Positions 38,855 through 50,954 of a DNA stretch of 64,000 nt are shown here, one piece after another. The translations under genes and the position numbers were made by a program. Under the pieces are notes generated by a model that saw only the letters and a list, made by a program, of their open reading frames with translations, was not told where the DNA came from and made no database searches. How positions within the stretch are numbered: position 1 is the stretch's first letter; each line of letters begins with the position of its first letter. The stretch is from NCBI GenBank assembly GCA_030141605.1, contig JAQGDQ010000757.1, positions 37,364-101,363 on the forward strand, written 5' to 3'. This DNA comes from Tubiluchus corallicola. Lineage: Eukaryota; Animalia; Priapulida.

Positions 38855-39010
38855 TTGTCGGAGCAGTTGACGGAGGCACTGAAACAGCGACACTCTGATG
38901 CCATGGCTGCGGTGCAGTCGTGGTTAGATGCACACAGCGATAACTTTGCTTGGTGTTCCGAATCATCTTCTAATAAACAAGATGTGTCAGCAAAACTTGC
39001 TGCTATTTTA
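38855..39010 (+). CDS. SYNE1: Exon: spectrin repeat
   Basis: ttcag / gtaagt; VQSWLDAH. Confidence 0.85.
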
Positions 39011-39805
39011 GTAAGTGCAATACACTACATTTACGTAATATTCGTCTATTTAGTTCTGCTAACTGTGACAAATTACTGTGTTAAGTACCACATACTATTT
39101 ATAGTTAAATTGCAGTTAGGATTTTACGTATTCACTTTTTATGCTTTGCACTGGAAAAAGCAGTTTCTGATATATAAGAAATTGAGAAGTATTAACGTTC
39201 AGGTATTATAGTTACTAGAAAGGCTGTGCGAGCTTCATTTGCTTTTACTTTTGCATCACTATTTGCTACGTTCACATATACTTCTTTCTCTCTTCCTCTG
39301 TCGCTTCCCCTTTCTGTCTATCACTCTTTTTCTCTCACCTCTCTACATCTCTCTTTTTTTCATTCTAATCATTTAGCCATTCCCTATGAAATTTAGCATT
39401 AAAAGCAATGCATCTAATAATTAGAATGCACTGCTTTTGTCATTGTTGGCCTCATGCAGCTTGAAGAATTGAAACAATGCCTAGATATGAAAAAATCCAT
39501 CATATTTAAGACAAAAATAATTTTTTTGAAAAACGAGTGCTGTCACCCTTCAGGCCATGACAGATAACTGATATGTAGGTAAACCCAGAGTCCAGAGGTC
39601 TAACAATTTCAAACAGGTGTTGTTTCGTTTGCTGTATTATACCAAGAAGCTGTATGAGAAACCACAGTCTTTAGTGTTTTTTTAATACCAAAAAGATAAT
39701 TGTCTTTTGTGGAAGAATGGCCGTCAGATACTTACAATAATTGCTAGTTATTTGTGCAGCCTTAAGTGGTAGTTACTGACACTAATCTAACTCCATTCAT
39801 TACAG

Positions 39806-40132
39806 GAATTGAGTAAAATGCTTCCAGATGGTAAGAGGAAAGTTACCGATTTAGCTCATTCTGTTGATGCACTTTCTTTCGTTTGTGATGAGGAGCAGTC
39901 AACAGCTCTTCTTGATGAGCGAGACAACCTCCGCGAATCCGTGGACACATTTTGCACCGAAGTTCAGATGCTTTCTGTTGAGCTTGGGTTATCTCTTAAT
40001 GCCGTGAATAAATTTGATGAGCAATGCGAAAAGTTACAGGAATGGCTTAACAATGCAGAGAAGAAGCTCTCTACAGCTTCCGCCCTACAGGCTGACTTAG
40101 AAACTAAGCAAGAGCAATTGGATTATTTTCAA
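39806..40132 (+). CDS. SYNE1: Exon: spectrin repeat
   Basis: LQEWLNNAEKKL...LQADLETKQEQL; tacag / gtaata. Confidence 0.88.
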
Positions 40133-40936
40133 GTAATATTATTCTAAGTACTTTGTTAACTAATTACAAAAAATATCAAATCATAGACTTTTAGATGTGG
40201 AACAGTAATAAGCCATAATGAAATGTCTAAATATAATTAGCATGTAAAAATCTGTTATTGAGATAAGGCCAGTTAATTTGATTACATTGAAACACATTAA
40301 TTCACCTGATATGTTACCTTTCTTTACTTTGCATTGATGGAGGATAATTTTTATAAAGGCATTTTATTTTGAATAGCTTTTCTTTTGTTTATGCTACAAA
40401 GGAAGACTTATAAGGTGAGCAGCAAGCACTCTTAGGTTTAAGTTGTCATTTCCAACAGTATACGTATTATTTATTATAAACGATGTTTGCGACTTTATAA
40501 TTACGAAAAACAAATTTACCCACAGAAATGGATATTTTGGTTATTGAACAAGATTGCTGCTGATAAATTTTGTTGTCATGACTGTCTGGGTAACTAGAAA
40601 TCTGAAAAAATCTATGTTTTGAGTGCCTCTTTCCAAACGTTCTAAATGCTACACTTATTGGACGGAATATCATTATGCACAGCAGTGATAGCATTAAAAC
40701 ATCATCTAAATTATTAACATCATTACACTTGTAAAATGATTTTGATTGCCAGAAGATCATTTAACAAATCTGCTTCTCTGTGTAAATTAGAAAAACGAGT
40801 GTTCAATAATATTCCACTGATTCTCATTTAACGTATTTTTGATATACTTATTTCTTTAGCATTAACAGCACCAGAGTGCTAAAATTTCATGAAATCAGTT
40901 CAGAAAGTGGTTATCCTTTAATTTCTTTAATTTAAT

Positions 40937-41347
40937 AAGCCTTCTCGTAGTTTTGCTGTATGCACGTGCAGTTGCTTTTGGTCAAAGGATAAGTGAACGC
41001 AGCATGTCTTAACTGCTACTGTTGTGTGACCTTACCCATGCAACTACAAGTAGCTGAAATGGGTGAAAAACGTGATTATTTTTGTAATTATGCTACACGT
41101 GTATAGTTTAAACTAACAAGTTATTCTCATCCAAAACCAGATAGTAAAATAGCAGCAGCAATCCATGTAAAATGAAATAACTGAAGCAAAAAATTAAGCC
41201 AAGAAGTGTTACTATTACAATAGTGTGGCCACAAGGCATTGTCAAGTGTAAACAAATGCGTTGTTTGGTTCCGACAACATCGTTAGGTTCACCTAACATT
41301 TGACCTTTTCACAATCATCCCCAATCCCTGTAACTGTGAAAAAGCTT
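40937..41347 (+). mobile_element. Non-autonomous DNA transposon (MITE), copy 2
   Basis: at|aagccttc...gaaaaagctt|at; homologous to 19069-19432. Confidence 0.75.
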
Positions 41348-41394
41348 ATTGCTGTACATTTTTCAGATTAAGGTTAATCTGCTGATTCTTGCAG

Positions 41395-41547
41395 AGTTTT
41401 AATAGCGAAGTCGCAATTCGAGAACGAGTCCTCGAGGAACTTTTCTTCGATGGTGAGGCTCTTGATGCTCAGTTACCAGAACATTGTGCAGGCACGATAG
41501 TTGACCAGCTTTCGACTAGATATCAGTTTGTGTATTCAACTGTACAG
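41395..41547 (+). CDS. SYNE1: Exon: spectrin repeat
   Basis: ttgcag / gtttgt; QLSTRYQ. Confidence 0.85.
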
Positions 41548-41950
41548 GTTTGTAAAACCAGTGTAATTCATTCAGATGGTAAACTTATAAAGGTTGGATA
41601 GTTTTAATCATTATAATCGCTTTATTCATTAATGTCAGGCATTATTATTAATGATGCTACAAACCTACAATTAATGAAACCTGGATACCAAACTTGAAAG
41701 ACAGAAAATGTGAAAAGCCTGGATTTGAACCAAGGAGCTTCTGTTAACAAGGCAGATATTCTACCTTAGACCACTAAGTCACCACACTCCTCAGTCTGAC
41801 TTTTAGGATGCGTTTAAATGAAAGCATGTAGTTAAGAAAGAAACTGAAAAAATTGTGTGTTGGTAAACATTCTGAATAAATGAACAACAAAAAAGTAATT
41901 TAGTGCTTCACATTCCAGACAATTTAAAATAATATTATTGCTTTCTACAG

Positions 41951-42100
41951 GCGAATGTTAAAGACTGCACTGCAAATGTTGACGAACACAATGAGTACTT
42001 AGAAGTTTATAAATCACTGGAACTGTGGCTCAATACTGCTGAGGCTACCCTTGCTGCAAGGGATGGAATGTCACCAGAAGAGGAGGAAAGACGTGTACAG
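41951..42100 (+). CDS. SYNE1: Exon: spectrin repeat (ORF track shows wrong frame)
   Basis: VDEHNEYLEVYKSLELWLNTAE; ctacag / gtcagc. Confidence 0.85.
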
Positions 42101-42768
42101 GTCAGCAAAAATATCCACTACAGTATCCCATTTAATTAGTGTACAAATATTTATCTCACCATCATACACATATTTTGCTGCACAGGAATCTACACAGTTC
42201 TCACAAGAATTCTGTACAATTTGTCACAATAAAACCGAATTTAGCATTCTTTGAAAGGCTACTTTTTGTCAGGTAAGGTCGGCTTGTAAGCTTGGCGGGG
42301 CTTCTGTACCTAAGAAGAGTTTGCTGTATTAACAGACACCCCGTTCCTGTAACGAATATGTTCTTTTTTTAGTATTCTTGAATTTGTGACAAGCTTGCAC
42401 AATATTATTTCATCAACATAGTAGTCTCTGAAGTGAAACAGAGGGGTTTGTTGCTTTTGTTATTGTAGGGGTTACTTGTGATATGTGTGAATAATTTCCA
42501 GCTTATTTTAAATTGATTTTTAGAGGGTGGTCATGGTTTTTTAGACGCTTTACCTAACTGGACCATTTCGAAAGTTTTGGTGTGGAACCCTTTACCTACA
42601 TTACATCAATTTAGCAATTGCTTAAAGGACTGTCCCAGATAGTTGTTTTTCATGGCTTTACTAGCTAGAGCTTTGTTATACCATCTCAGTTTTTGTGAGC
42701 TTCAGTTAATATTGTTGTCAAGTTTTTCATAATTTTTGTATTGGTATTTGTATTACTACATTTTGTAG

Positions 42769-43035
42769 GAGTTGTCAGTGAGCATGGACACGGGTCTTGC
42801 TGCTTATAATGCAGCAGTTTCCCTCGGTGAGAAGCTCTATTCTAACACTAATCCTTCGGGATGTGAAGTCATCAGCCAACAGCTTGGTTCTTTTCACGCA
42901 CGCTGGGAGGCTTTGCAATTAAAGTTTGATGAAGCTGGACTGGCTTTCGAGGCATTGCTGGTGCCAGCTGCTAAACCACAGATGCAAGTGGCACTAGATG
43001 CATCTCCTAAAGTAGAACAACTTCAGTCAGAAGAG
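42769..43035 (+). CDS. SYNE1: Exon: spectrin repeat
   Basis: GEKLYSNTNPSGCEVISQQL...RWEAL, a nesprin/Msp300-like motif. Confidence 0.87.
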
Positions 43036-43660
43036 GTAACAAGTCTTTTAAACTATCTTGTGACTTCTTGTTGTTATTGCAATTTATTACGAAAGTGGTA
43101 TTCTATGACTTTGCTCACTGTCTGCTAAAAATAGAACTTTTTACCCCACTAGTTGTAGATAATAAAATTTTATTGCACATACACCTTCAATTATTAAAAG
43201 TAAACGAAGCTGCTAAAATGTATACTTTAGACTTTGTTTAAGTTAATTTCTGTAGTGTTAGCCCTTAAGTTTTAAAATTTGTCGAAACTGCTTCACGTGT
43301 CGTTGTCAATTTTTTCTCTTTTGCTGGGCTTCACATGCAGCTTTTTTAATTTAAGGAGCTGAGCACGTAAAATTTTATTTTGTTGTTGGATGCCCAATCA
43401 AATTTTAGGTATTTGGTGCATTTATTCCACAAGAGTGTGAATTCAAATCCAGTAGCATGATTATAATATAGTCATGCAAATTTATGTTTTTCTTCCAGGA
43501 CTCTACTATCTATTAATACTTACCTGGAATCCAAAGACATCAGCTGATTGACTGACTGCTGGACTTTGTTGATCTTTTTTTTGCATTGCGTAACATTTAT
43601 GTTGTGTTGTTGTGTTTGCTTGCTGTGATTGTTGTCAGTTTTCTGTTGTGCTTTTTACAG

Positions 43661-43777
43661 GCAATGAGCATTAGTCAGGACATTTGTGAACTTGCATCTA
43701 TGGTAGAACAAAGCATGATGAAATTTAGTGAGAAATTTGCTCTGTCCAAAGTCATAGAAGCTGAACAAGAACATCAG
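43661..43777 (+). CDS. SYNE1: Exon: spectrin repeat
   Basis: ttacag / gtaaaa. Confidence 0.78.
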
Positions 43778-44217
43778 GTAAAATAAACGCTTGTGTAGGT
43801 TAAAAATCAACGAAAGTTATTGATTGAAAAATTAATAACTGGCTTCAAATAAGTTTAAATTTGGCTAAAAAAATGAATAATTCCTAAATCAATCTGTTGG
43901 AATATGTCCTTATTAGTGAAATGAAATAAAATTGCATAAGTGATTGTCATTCCCATTATAATTTAATTTATGTAATATTTTACATTTATGTAAAACTCCG
44001 TAAACTTACCAATCTATCATTTTGTGTATAAGCTTCAAAAAGTCTAGCAAGGACTTATCGTTTCATTGTTTTGAACTATTATTGCAATGACTTACAGCTG
44101 TCCTATTAGTGTGGTTTTTCTTATTGTTCAGGTTCTGCTGACTGCATTTTCACGTTGTTTTCTACATATTATTCCTTAGTGCTTGAAAAAGACTCTTGCT
44201 TCACATGGTTGTTACAG

Positions 44218-44346
44218 GTTCTGTGCAAAGATGTTTCTGTTTTACGTGAAAAGTTTGTCGAAATTGAACTTCAAGTCATTCAGCAGTTGTCTGATGAGCT
44301 TGACGTTAAAAATAAAGTTTCATCTCTAGACATGCAAATCTCACAA
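44218..44346 (+). CDS. SYNE1: Exon: spectrin repeat
   Basis: ttacag / gtacgt. Confidence 0.78.
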
Positions 44347-45142
44347 GTACGTTATTTGTGACACAAAAGTTAATTGTAGAATTAGAAAAAATGTCAGTTA
44401 TTATTAGCTTTGTGCTAAATCGTATCAAATATTTTTAGTAAACACATTTTTATCATTCGTAGACCTGGTCTCTGGACGTTAATCAACTCTTGAAAAGTTT
44501 ATAGCAAACTATATAGAATAGAGCTCAGTTAATTTTTTAAATTTTACTTACAGTTTTTTTTGTCTTTTTGCTGTCTTCACTGTTTACTTATTCATCTGTT
44601 CTAGACTTTTAATTAGTCAGTAGTGGCTAGTTGCTTTAGTTAGTACTGTAGAATTTTGCAAACAGTTACTTTGCAAAAAACTAAATGTTTTGTGTTGAAT
44701 GTTCTACTAAAACTTTTTAATTATAGTCAGTATTCGTGAATTGCTGTAATTTTTATAACTTTGAATGTGTGTAAATTAACTTTATGTTGTGTGTTAATTT
44801 TATATTTTATGTTTTGCTGCTAGGTTGGATGAATAAATCAAACAAAATTACAAAATTATCCAAATTATAGGTTTCAACATAAAATAATTTTCAATTTTTT
44901 GTTCAATTAGGCAAATGCTTTTGCTAGAATGAAGCTCGTGTGTTGTACATTATCTTTAATTTTTTTATTACAATTATAATTTTTTAAGAAATTAGTTTTG
45001 AGTTTTTTGCTGTGTTGTCATTTACAGAGTTTTTTTGCTCATATCTACTGTATCCGTTTCTAGATATTAAAGAACTGTTTTAATTGTATTACCTTGTTGA
45101 GGTGTCATCTAAAGACAGACATTAAAAAAATGAATTGCATAG

Positions 45143-45322
45143 GTGGAAAATGTAGCTGACATTAAAAGAAAGCACTTGAGTGAAGCTAAAGAAGTGTGGA
45201 ATCTGTACGAGGAATTTTGCTCTTCCACCAGTGAATGGAGGAAAAACTTGGAAAATGTTATTTTCACGGATGTGTCAGTCGATGATTCTAAGCACCTTGA
45301 ACTACAGCTAAAGCAACATGAG
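45143..45322 (+). CDS. SYNE1: Exon: spectrin repeat
   Basis: catag / gttgtt; EVWNLYEEF...SEWRKNL. Confidence 0.82.
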
Positions 45323-45376
45323 GTTGTTTATAATTTATAATTCTCATCAAAGATGTTTGTCTCCGAACATTCTTAA

Positions 45377-45764
45377 AGGAAAACAGGATAATTTTTCATT
45401 TTTAATATCCTACCCCATCGTGAAGTATGGTAAAATAATGCCCAAGCCATTTCTCATAATTAAACAATAGCTTAGAAATTGAATTGACCTACTAATGATG
45501 ACATCACAACCGAAGACAATTTTTAACAGCACAAACATTTCATGAGTGTTTGTGAAAACGAAAATTGAACTATAGTACTACTGTACAACATTCAGTGTGA
45601 TATATAAAAACTTGGCAAATTTTAAGTAAAATTAAAAGCAAAATTACCATTCTGTGATAATAATTCGTTCAGATAACTCAGTCTTGAAAATATAGTGTTT
45701 CCTTTCAATATTTTATTGGGTAGATTGTTTTGAGCCATAGTTTAAGATTGGGTCCGGTTTTCTT
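45377..45764. mobile_element. TTAA-flanked MITE (Kolobok-like termini)
   Basis: ttaa|aggaaaacagga ... tccggttttctt|ttaa (10/12 TIR match). Confidence 0.65.
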
Positions 45765-46273
45765 TTAAATTTCATAGTCGTATGACTGGGTTTAAGGTCG
45801 AGTAGCCTCATGTGTTTTTGACCACCTGGGTTCCATACTCTCTTTGGTTTCATTTGCTGATTTGGGTTGTTTACCTCGTAGAGGGGGATATATGCTCAGC
45901 CGAATTGGCTAAGACAGCTCTGCCGGATCATCTTAGAAGGTTATCGTTGTTATCGACCTAGGCTCCGGTCATGCCACAAACATTACTTTGAGTAGGCCTT
46001 GCTATTCAATGCTGCTCCTAGTGCTCAGCATGTAAAATGAAAAGTGCTGAAATATATAAAAATTTCTGTTGTGTCAAACACTTGTTCAGTTTTTTTCAAT
46101 TAATATACACCAGCATTGTTATTTTTATTATATTAAGTTTACTAATAGACTGCAGTTCTATAGTATTGAATGTGTAATCCGTGGTATAGGATTTATAAGA
46201 TAATGAGTACAAGCTTTCTAAGCACCAGAGTTTCAATTAGTAATAAAAATAATTAGTAAGGTTTTTTTGTTAG

Positions 46274-46414
46274 GTTATTCTCTTCGAATCTGTACAACTT
46301 TTGCAAAAGTTGGAGCACCTAAACAACACTGTAGACCAGCTTACGATTTTTCCTGATATTAATGTTGTTGGGGAAAAGGTGAGGCTATCCGAAATGAACA
46401 AAGAAATAACTGAG
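46274..46414 (+). CDS. SYNE1: Exon: spectrin repeat (not in ORF track)
   Basis: VILFESVQLLQKLEHL...EMNKEITE; ttag / gtaatt. Confidence 0.78.
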
Positions 46415-47186
46415 GTAATTTTAAATACAACTTGTTAATAAAATCCGGCATTTTTTTGTTTTTGTTTAATACTGAAATTATTGTGACATGACATACATGA
46501 CATTTCGTCCTATACGCAAGACCTTCACAAGCAGTCATGCATTTTCTTTTTCAAATCTCTTTATTTTAAAACCAGTTCAATTATTGCTGATCAGTCACTC
46601 CGAAGACAGATTTGTCTGTTTTAAACCTTTTAACGTGTCAGTGTTTTGTCAAGTGATTTTACATAAAAAAAGTTAGTTCTGCATTTTTAACTAAGAAATA
46701 TTTTAAAGTATTGTAAATGTTACTCTTACTCTTATTACAGGGATGTCATTGTATGTTACTTAAAAATACTTTGTTTTGATTTCATTTATAATCCAAATTT
46801 TATTGCAACTTTAGAGACTTTTGGCCGTGTAAACTATGTTAAATAAAAAATAAATTTATTCATTTCAGGAAGGTCATAAACCTACAGATGAGAAAGTCTC
46901 ACATATAAGATGAAACGTTCTGTGTATCATATGCACTGTAATTTTAAATACCTCTTCTTTTTTGTTATTGCTATGTCAAAAAATGACATGCAGTAAACTG
47001 ATTTCACAGCTTTGTAGCCATGCATAATATTTGATATTTAATTACTAATGTTCCCTCTGTGGCTTAAAAGAAGATACAAAATGTTGCATATCACTTTTTG
47101 TGTTGTACCTAAAGTGTATCCTATTAAAAATGGCCCAAAATAAGTGAAAACTAAATTTAGTATTCCGAGCATATTTTTCATTTCAG

Positions 47187-48860
47187 CTTAAAACATCATT
47201 GGAACAAAGAAATGCAACATTGAAAGAAAAGTTGGTAGCAATGCAGGAGTCCTTTGATTCTTTTGCTGCTGACCTTGATGCAAAGAATGTCACAAAACTT
47301 CATCTGTTCTTGGAACCACTAGTGGACAATGTGACCGATGAAACAATTCCAGCTTTAGTTGAAGACGTGGTGGAAGGAATTTTAGATTCACCAGAAGAAC
47401 AAGCTGCGTTTAAGTCTTCTGAACCAGCATCTCCTGACGAAATAGGATACTACAGCATGGAAACTTCCTTGCAAGAGCCATCTCATATAATTGCACTTGA
47501 CGACACACAAATCAGTGGTGTGACATTTGATGAGCTCTCTGATGCCGTTTTAGGCACAGTGATTGGCCAAGAAAGCTTGGCATCGTCAGGAGTTAGTTTT
47601 CTTCCGTCACGGTCAACTCTTGATTCTGTAACTGTTATTGGCACCAGTATGGAGGACTCTTTTCTAGGAGTTGAGATGCTGGAGGAGTTTCTGGAGACAG
47701 ATGACAACCGTGCTTTGTCTGTCGTGCAAGAAAATGTTGAGGAAGATGTAGGCACACAGGAGAAAGCAGTCGATGCTTCTTTGCACGAAGGTGATCAACA
47801 ATTGAATCTTGTGCATTTAGAAAAACTAGAAAAGAAAGACGCTGATGCCTTAGAACAAACATCTTTTGCTTCAGAGGATGGTGAGGCCTTGGAAATCAGC
47901 TTGGAACTATCACAGTCTTCAATGGATCATGCAACTATGAATGACACGAGCATTGAGGACTCAATTACTGACATAGAGGTGTTAGAAGACATTCCAGAAA
48001 CAGTATGTGATGGCTTCATCAGGCTTGCTGAAGGTGAATTAACCACGGAAGTTAAAGCAACTAGTTTTTTTGAAAACGATGTTAAAAGCACATCTGATAA
48101 TAAAGTGCAAGATGAATTTGCCATAAAAGAAAGCATTAGTAGTATTAGTAATATCGAAGATCTAAGTCTGTCGATGGTTGCGTTGCCTGAAGCTGAATAT
48201 GGAGAACAGTTTGAGAGAATTGATCCTAACATTATAATGTGGACTGAAGAATCAGTTAAACAACAAGATTTCAACAGAGGTGATGAAGTTTTCAAACAAG
48301 CAAAAGAACTGGATTCTGGTGAAGTATGCTTAGATGAAATGCCTGGAGATAAAGAATTTCAAGAAATCATTGGTGATGGGGAAAGATCCCATGAGCAGTT
48401 TAGGCTCGCTGCTAAAGATGACACTTTTAAAGGTTTTGTAATAATTGAAGGTGAAAAACCTGATATGGATGATTCCTTGGCATTATCATCACCTGATTCT
48501 AATATTGCATCTGAAATGACCAGTTCATTTGTGATCATTGATGATATTGACAGACATAGCACAGCTATTGCTGATATTGATGTTGAAGAAAAGTCAGATA
48601 GCTGGCCTCTAGCTCAGCTACTTGATAGAAATCTTGCTATTTCAGCCGAGAGCAAGCATACACCGTCTTCATTTTTAGTGGAAAGTGATGATGTGCCCAA
48701 GCAGTCTGCTCTTCCTGTAGATGGAATGAGAGAGAAAGGTGTTGCAGACCAGTACTGGGACAGTAGTGAGCCTAAAGTACCTTCCAGAGAGAATCAACAT
48801 GAAGTATATGTGCTTCATGAAGGAAAGGATGTTCTACCAGAACAACGTGCAGATGAAAAG
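47187..48860 (+). CDS. SYNE1: Large acidic disordered exon (558 codons, phase 0-0)
   Basis: tttcag acceptor, aag|gttggt donor, uninterrupted E/D/S-rich frame. Confidence 0.87.
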
Positions 48861-49047
48861 GTTGGTATTCTGAACATTAGTTTATAATTCATTTGTGCCT
48901 GTATTACGTGTTGTGGTAAAAATATTATTCTTATGTTTGTTTTTTGAACTTTTATAACATTAATTTTGTTCATGTGTTCAAAGCACGATATTTGCTGAGC
49001 TGTTGTTATTGCTGTTATGCATGCTGTTTGTTGATTTGTGTTCTTAG

Positions 49048-50346
49048 ATAACCGATGTTGTTTCTGGAGATGTTGAAACAATGCAGCCTACTTCTTCGCT
49101 GCTATTGAGTAATGCGTCAAATGGGGCACTTGGCAGGATGGAAGAACAAAACAAAAAGCACATTGAGGAGGCATTTGCAATAGAAGTTTTGGATGACTCT
49201 TCCGAGGATGTTGTCTGTAAGAATGATCTACCTTTCAAAGACGATGAAATCAGTTATCAAAACATAAGTGACTACTTTGATGATTTTATCATAATTGATA
49301 ACCATGAACCCATTGTAGTTTGCAAGCAGAAAACTGAACGTGATATTGGAGAATTTATAATGTCACCATCAGCTAAAATGAATGAATCCCATAATGAACT
49401 AGCAGAAATTGTTGTAAGTAAAATAACAGAGACAAATGAGGTCGAAACAGATAATTTAGAGCAAGTTTCAGAATTGTGTAGTCCGAATTGGGAGATTGAA
49501 GGTTCATCTGAATTTAAAATCAAAGATTCTCAAGGTGTAAAATCTCAAGAAATTGAAATCATTAAAATAGAGCATGATGTAAAAGTAAAGGAAGAGGAAA
49601 TTTTAACAACTATTGAACAAATTGAAACTATGCTGGATGGGGAAAACAGAGATACTAGTGAAAGAGTATATATATCTAGTAATGTTGCAAAAGGAGAAGA
49701 AACTGCTACAGAATTGATAGAAAACACAATGAAAAGAACAGAATCACTATCTGAAGTTACTACCACTGAAGTAATAGAAGATCAAGTCGCCATATTAATA
49801 AAAGAAATAAGCACAGACGTTTTGGTGAACGAGGCAGGAAGAATCGTAAAAGATACCAAAAAAGAGATAGATGTGAATGGCAGCACCGCTAGTGTAAAAA
49901 TCAATTTGGATGACCAAAAAGTACAACCAGTTTTTGTAGGCACTGTTGACGTCAGTGAAACAGAGACTGATGGAGAGAACCAACCAACCACCACTAAATT
50001 TATGGAAGACAGTCAACGAGTTGATGATGCAGATATTCCACGGGAAGAAGATGTAGTCACAGTCGCTGTTATTGTTAAAGCAAATGATCTTGATCAATCA
50101 ATACTTGAAAGTGAAAGTGTACCAGCTGTAAAATCGATGCGTGCAGTTATTGATGGTGATATCAAACAAGGTGATGTGGACAGGAAAGCTGATCGTGCTT
50201 TAAGCAAAATCTTAACAGAGCCAGTTGTTACCCAAAAGGAAGTAGCAGAAACTGATGGTAACCTTGAGATAGAAATCTCTGATAGCATGGATTTGATTGC
50301 TACCCCATTAGCCAGTATAGAAGCTACCATTACCAAGAAACCCCAG
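49048..50346 (+). CDS. SYNE1: Large acidic disordered exon (433 codons, phase 0-0)
   Basis: cttag acceptor, cag|gtaatt donor. Confidence 0.87.
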
Positions 50347-50954
50347 GTAATTAGTCCCAGTTTTTTTCCTAATCTGTTTTTTTTCAAAGAGTTGGTGTGT
50401 AAATTTAAACAGTTGTAGGATTTGTCAAACTGTTTATTCAATGATTGTCATTGATTAATTTCTTCTATAGTTGCAGTGCTAAGATTTTAATTTCAAGGTG
50501 TTTAATTTTTTCTGGCATGTTTTACGTCTTTATCCTAAATTTCATCAGAATATTGATTTTAGAAAAAATGCTTTCTTCATTGTTTAGTTGTTTTTTTTCA
50601 TTAGTTTAGTTAATTAAGTTATTTTACATAATTTGTTTTCTACATTGTATTTGCAAATTGTAACCTGAGAAGGTCCAGTGATGTCATTTTATTCATTGTT
50701 GCACTAGAGCAAAAACAGTTTAAGTATTACTATTTGCCTATAATTTATAATTTAAGGCACTATTAAAACTAGAGTGCCAAAACATAGCCAAAATTCTTTT
50801 TCAAAAACAGCCAAAATTATTTGGAGAAAAAGTGGGCAGTTGTTTCAAATTTAAAGTCCCAAAACTTATTGGGTAACTGAAGGCACTTCATGAACTGTAT
50901 ATTTAAAAATATTTCAAAGTATTATTTATTGTTTTGTTGTATACTGTATTTCAG

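Noticed and set aside
41715-41790. tRNA-like sequence on the minus strand
   Set aside because: Has A/B-box-like motifs but no convincing cloverleaf, so it is treated as a SINE-like remnant.
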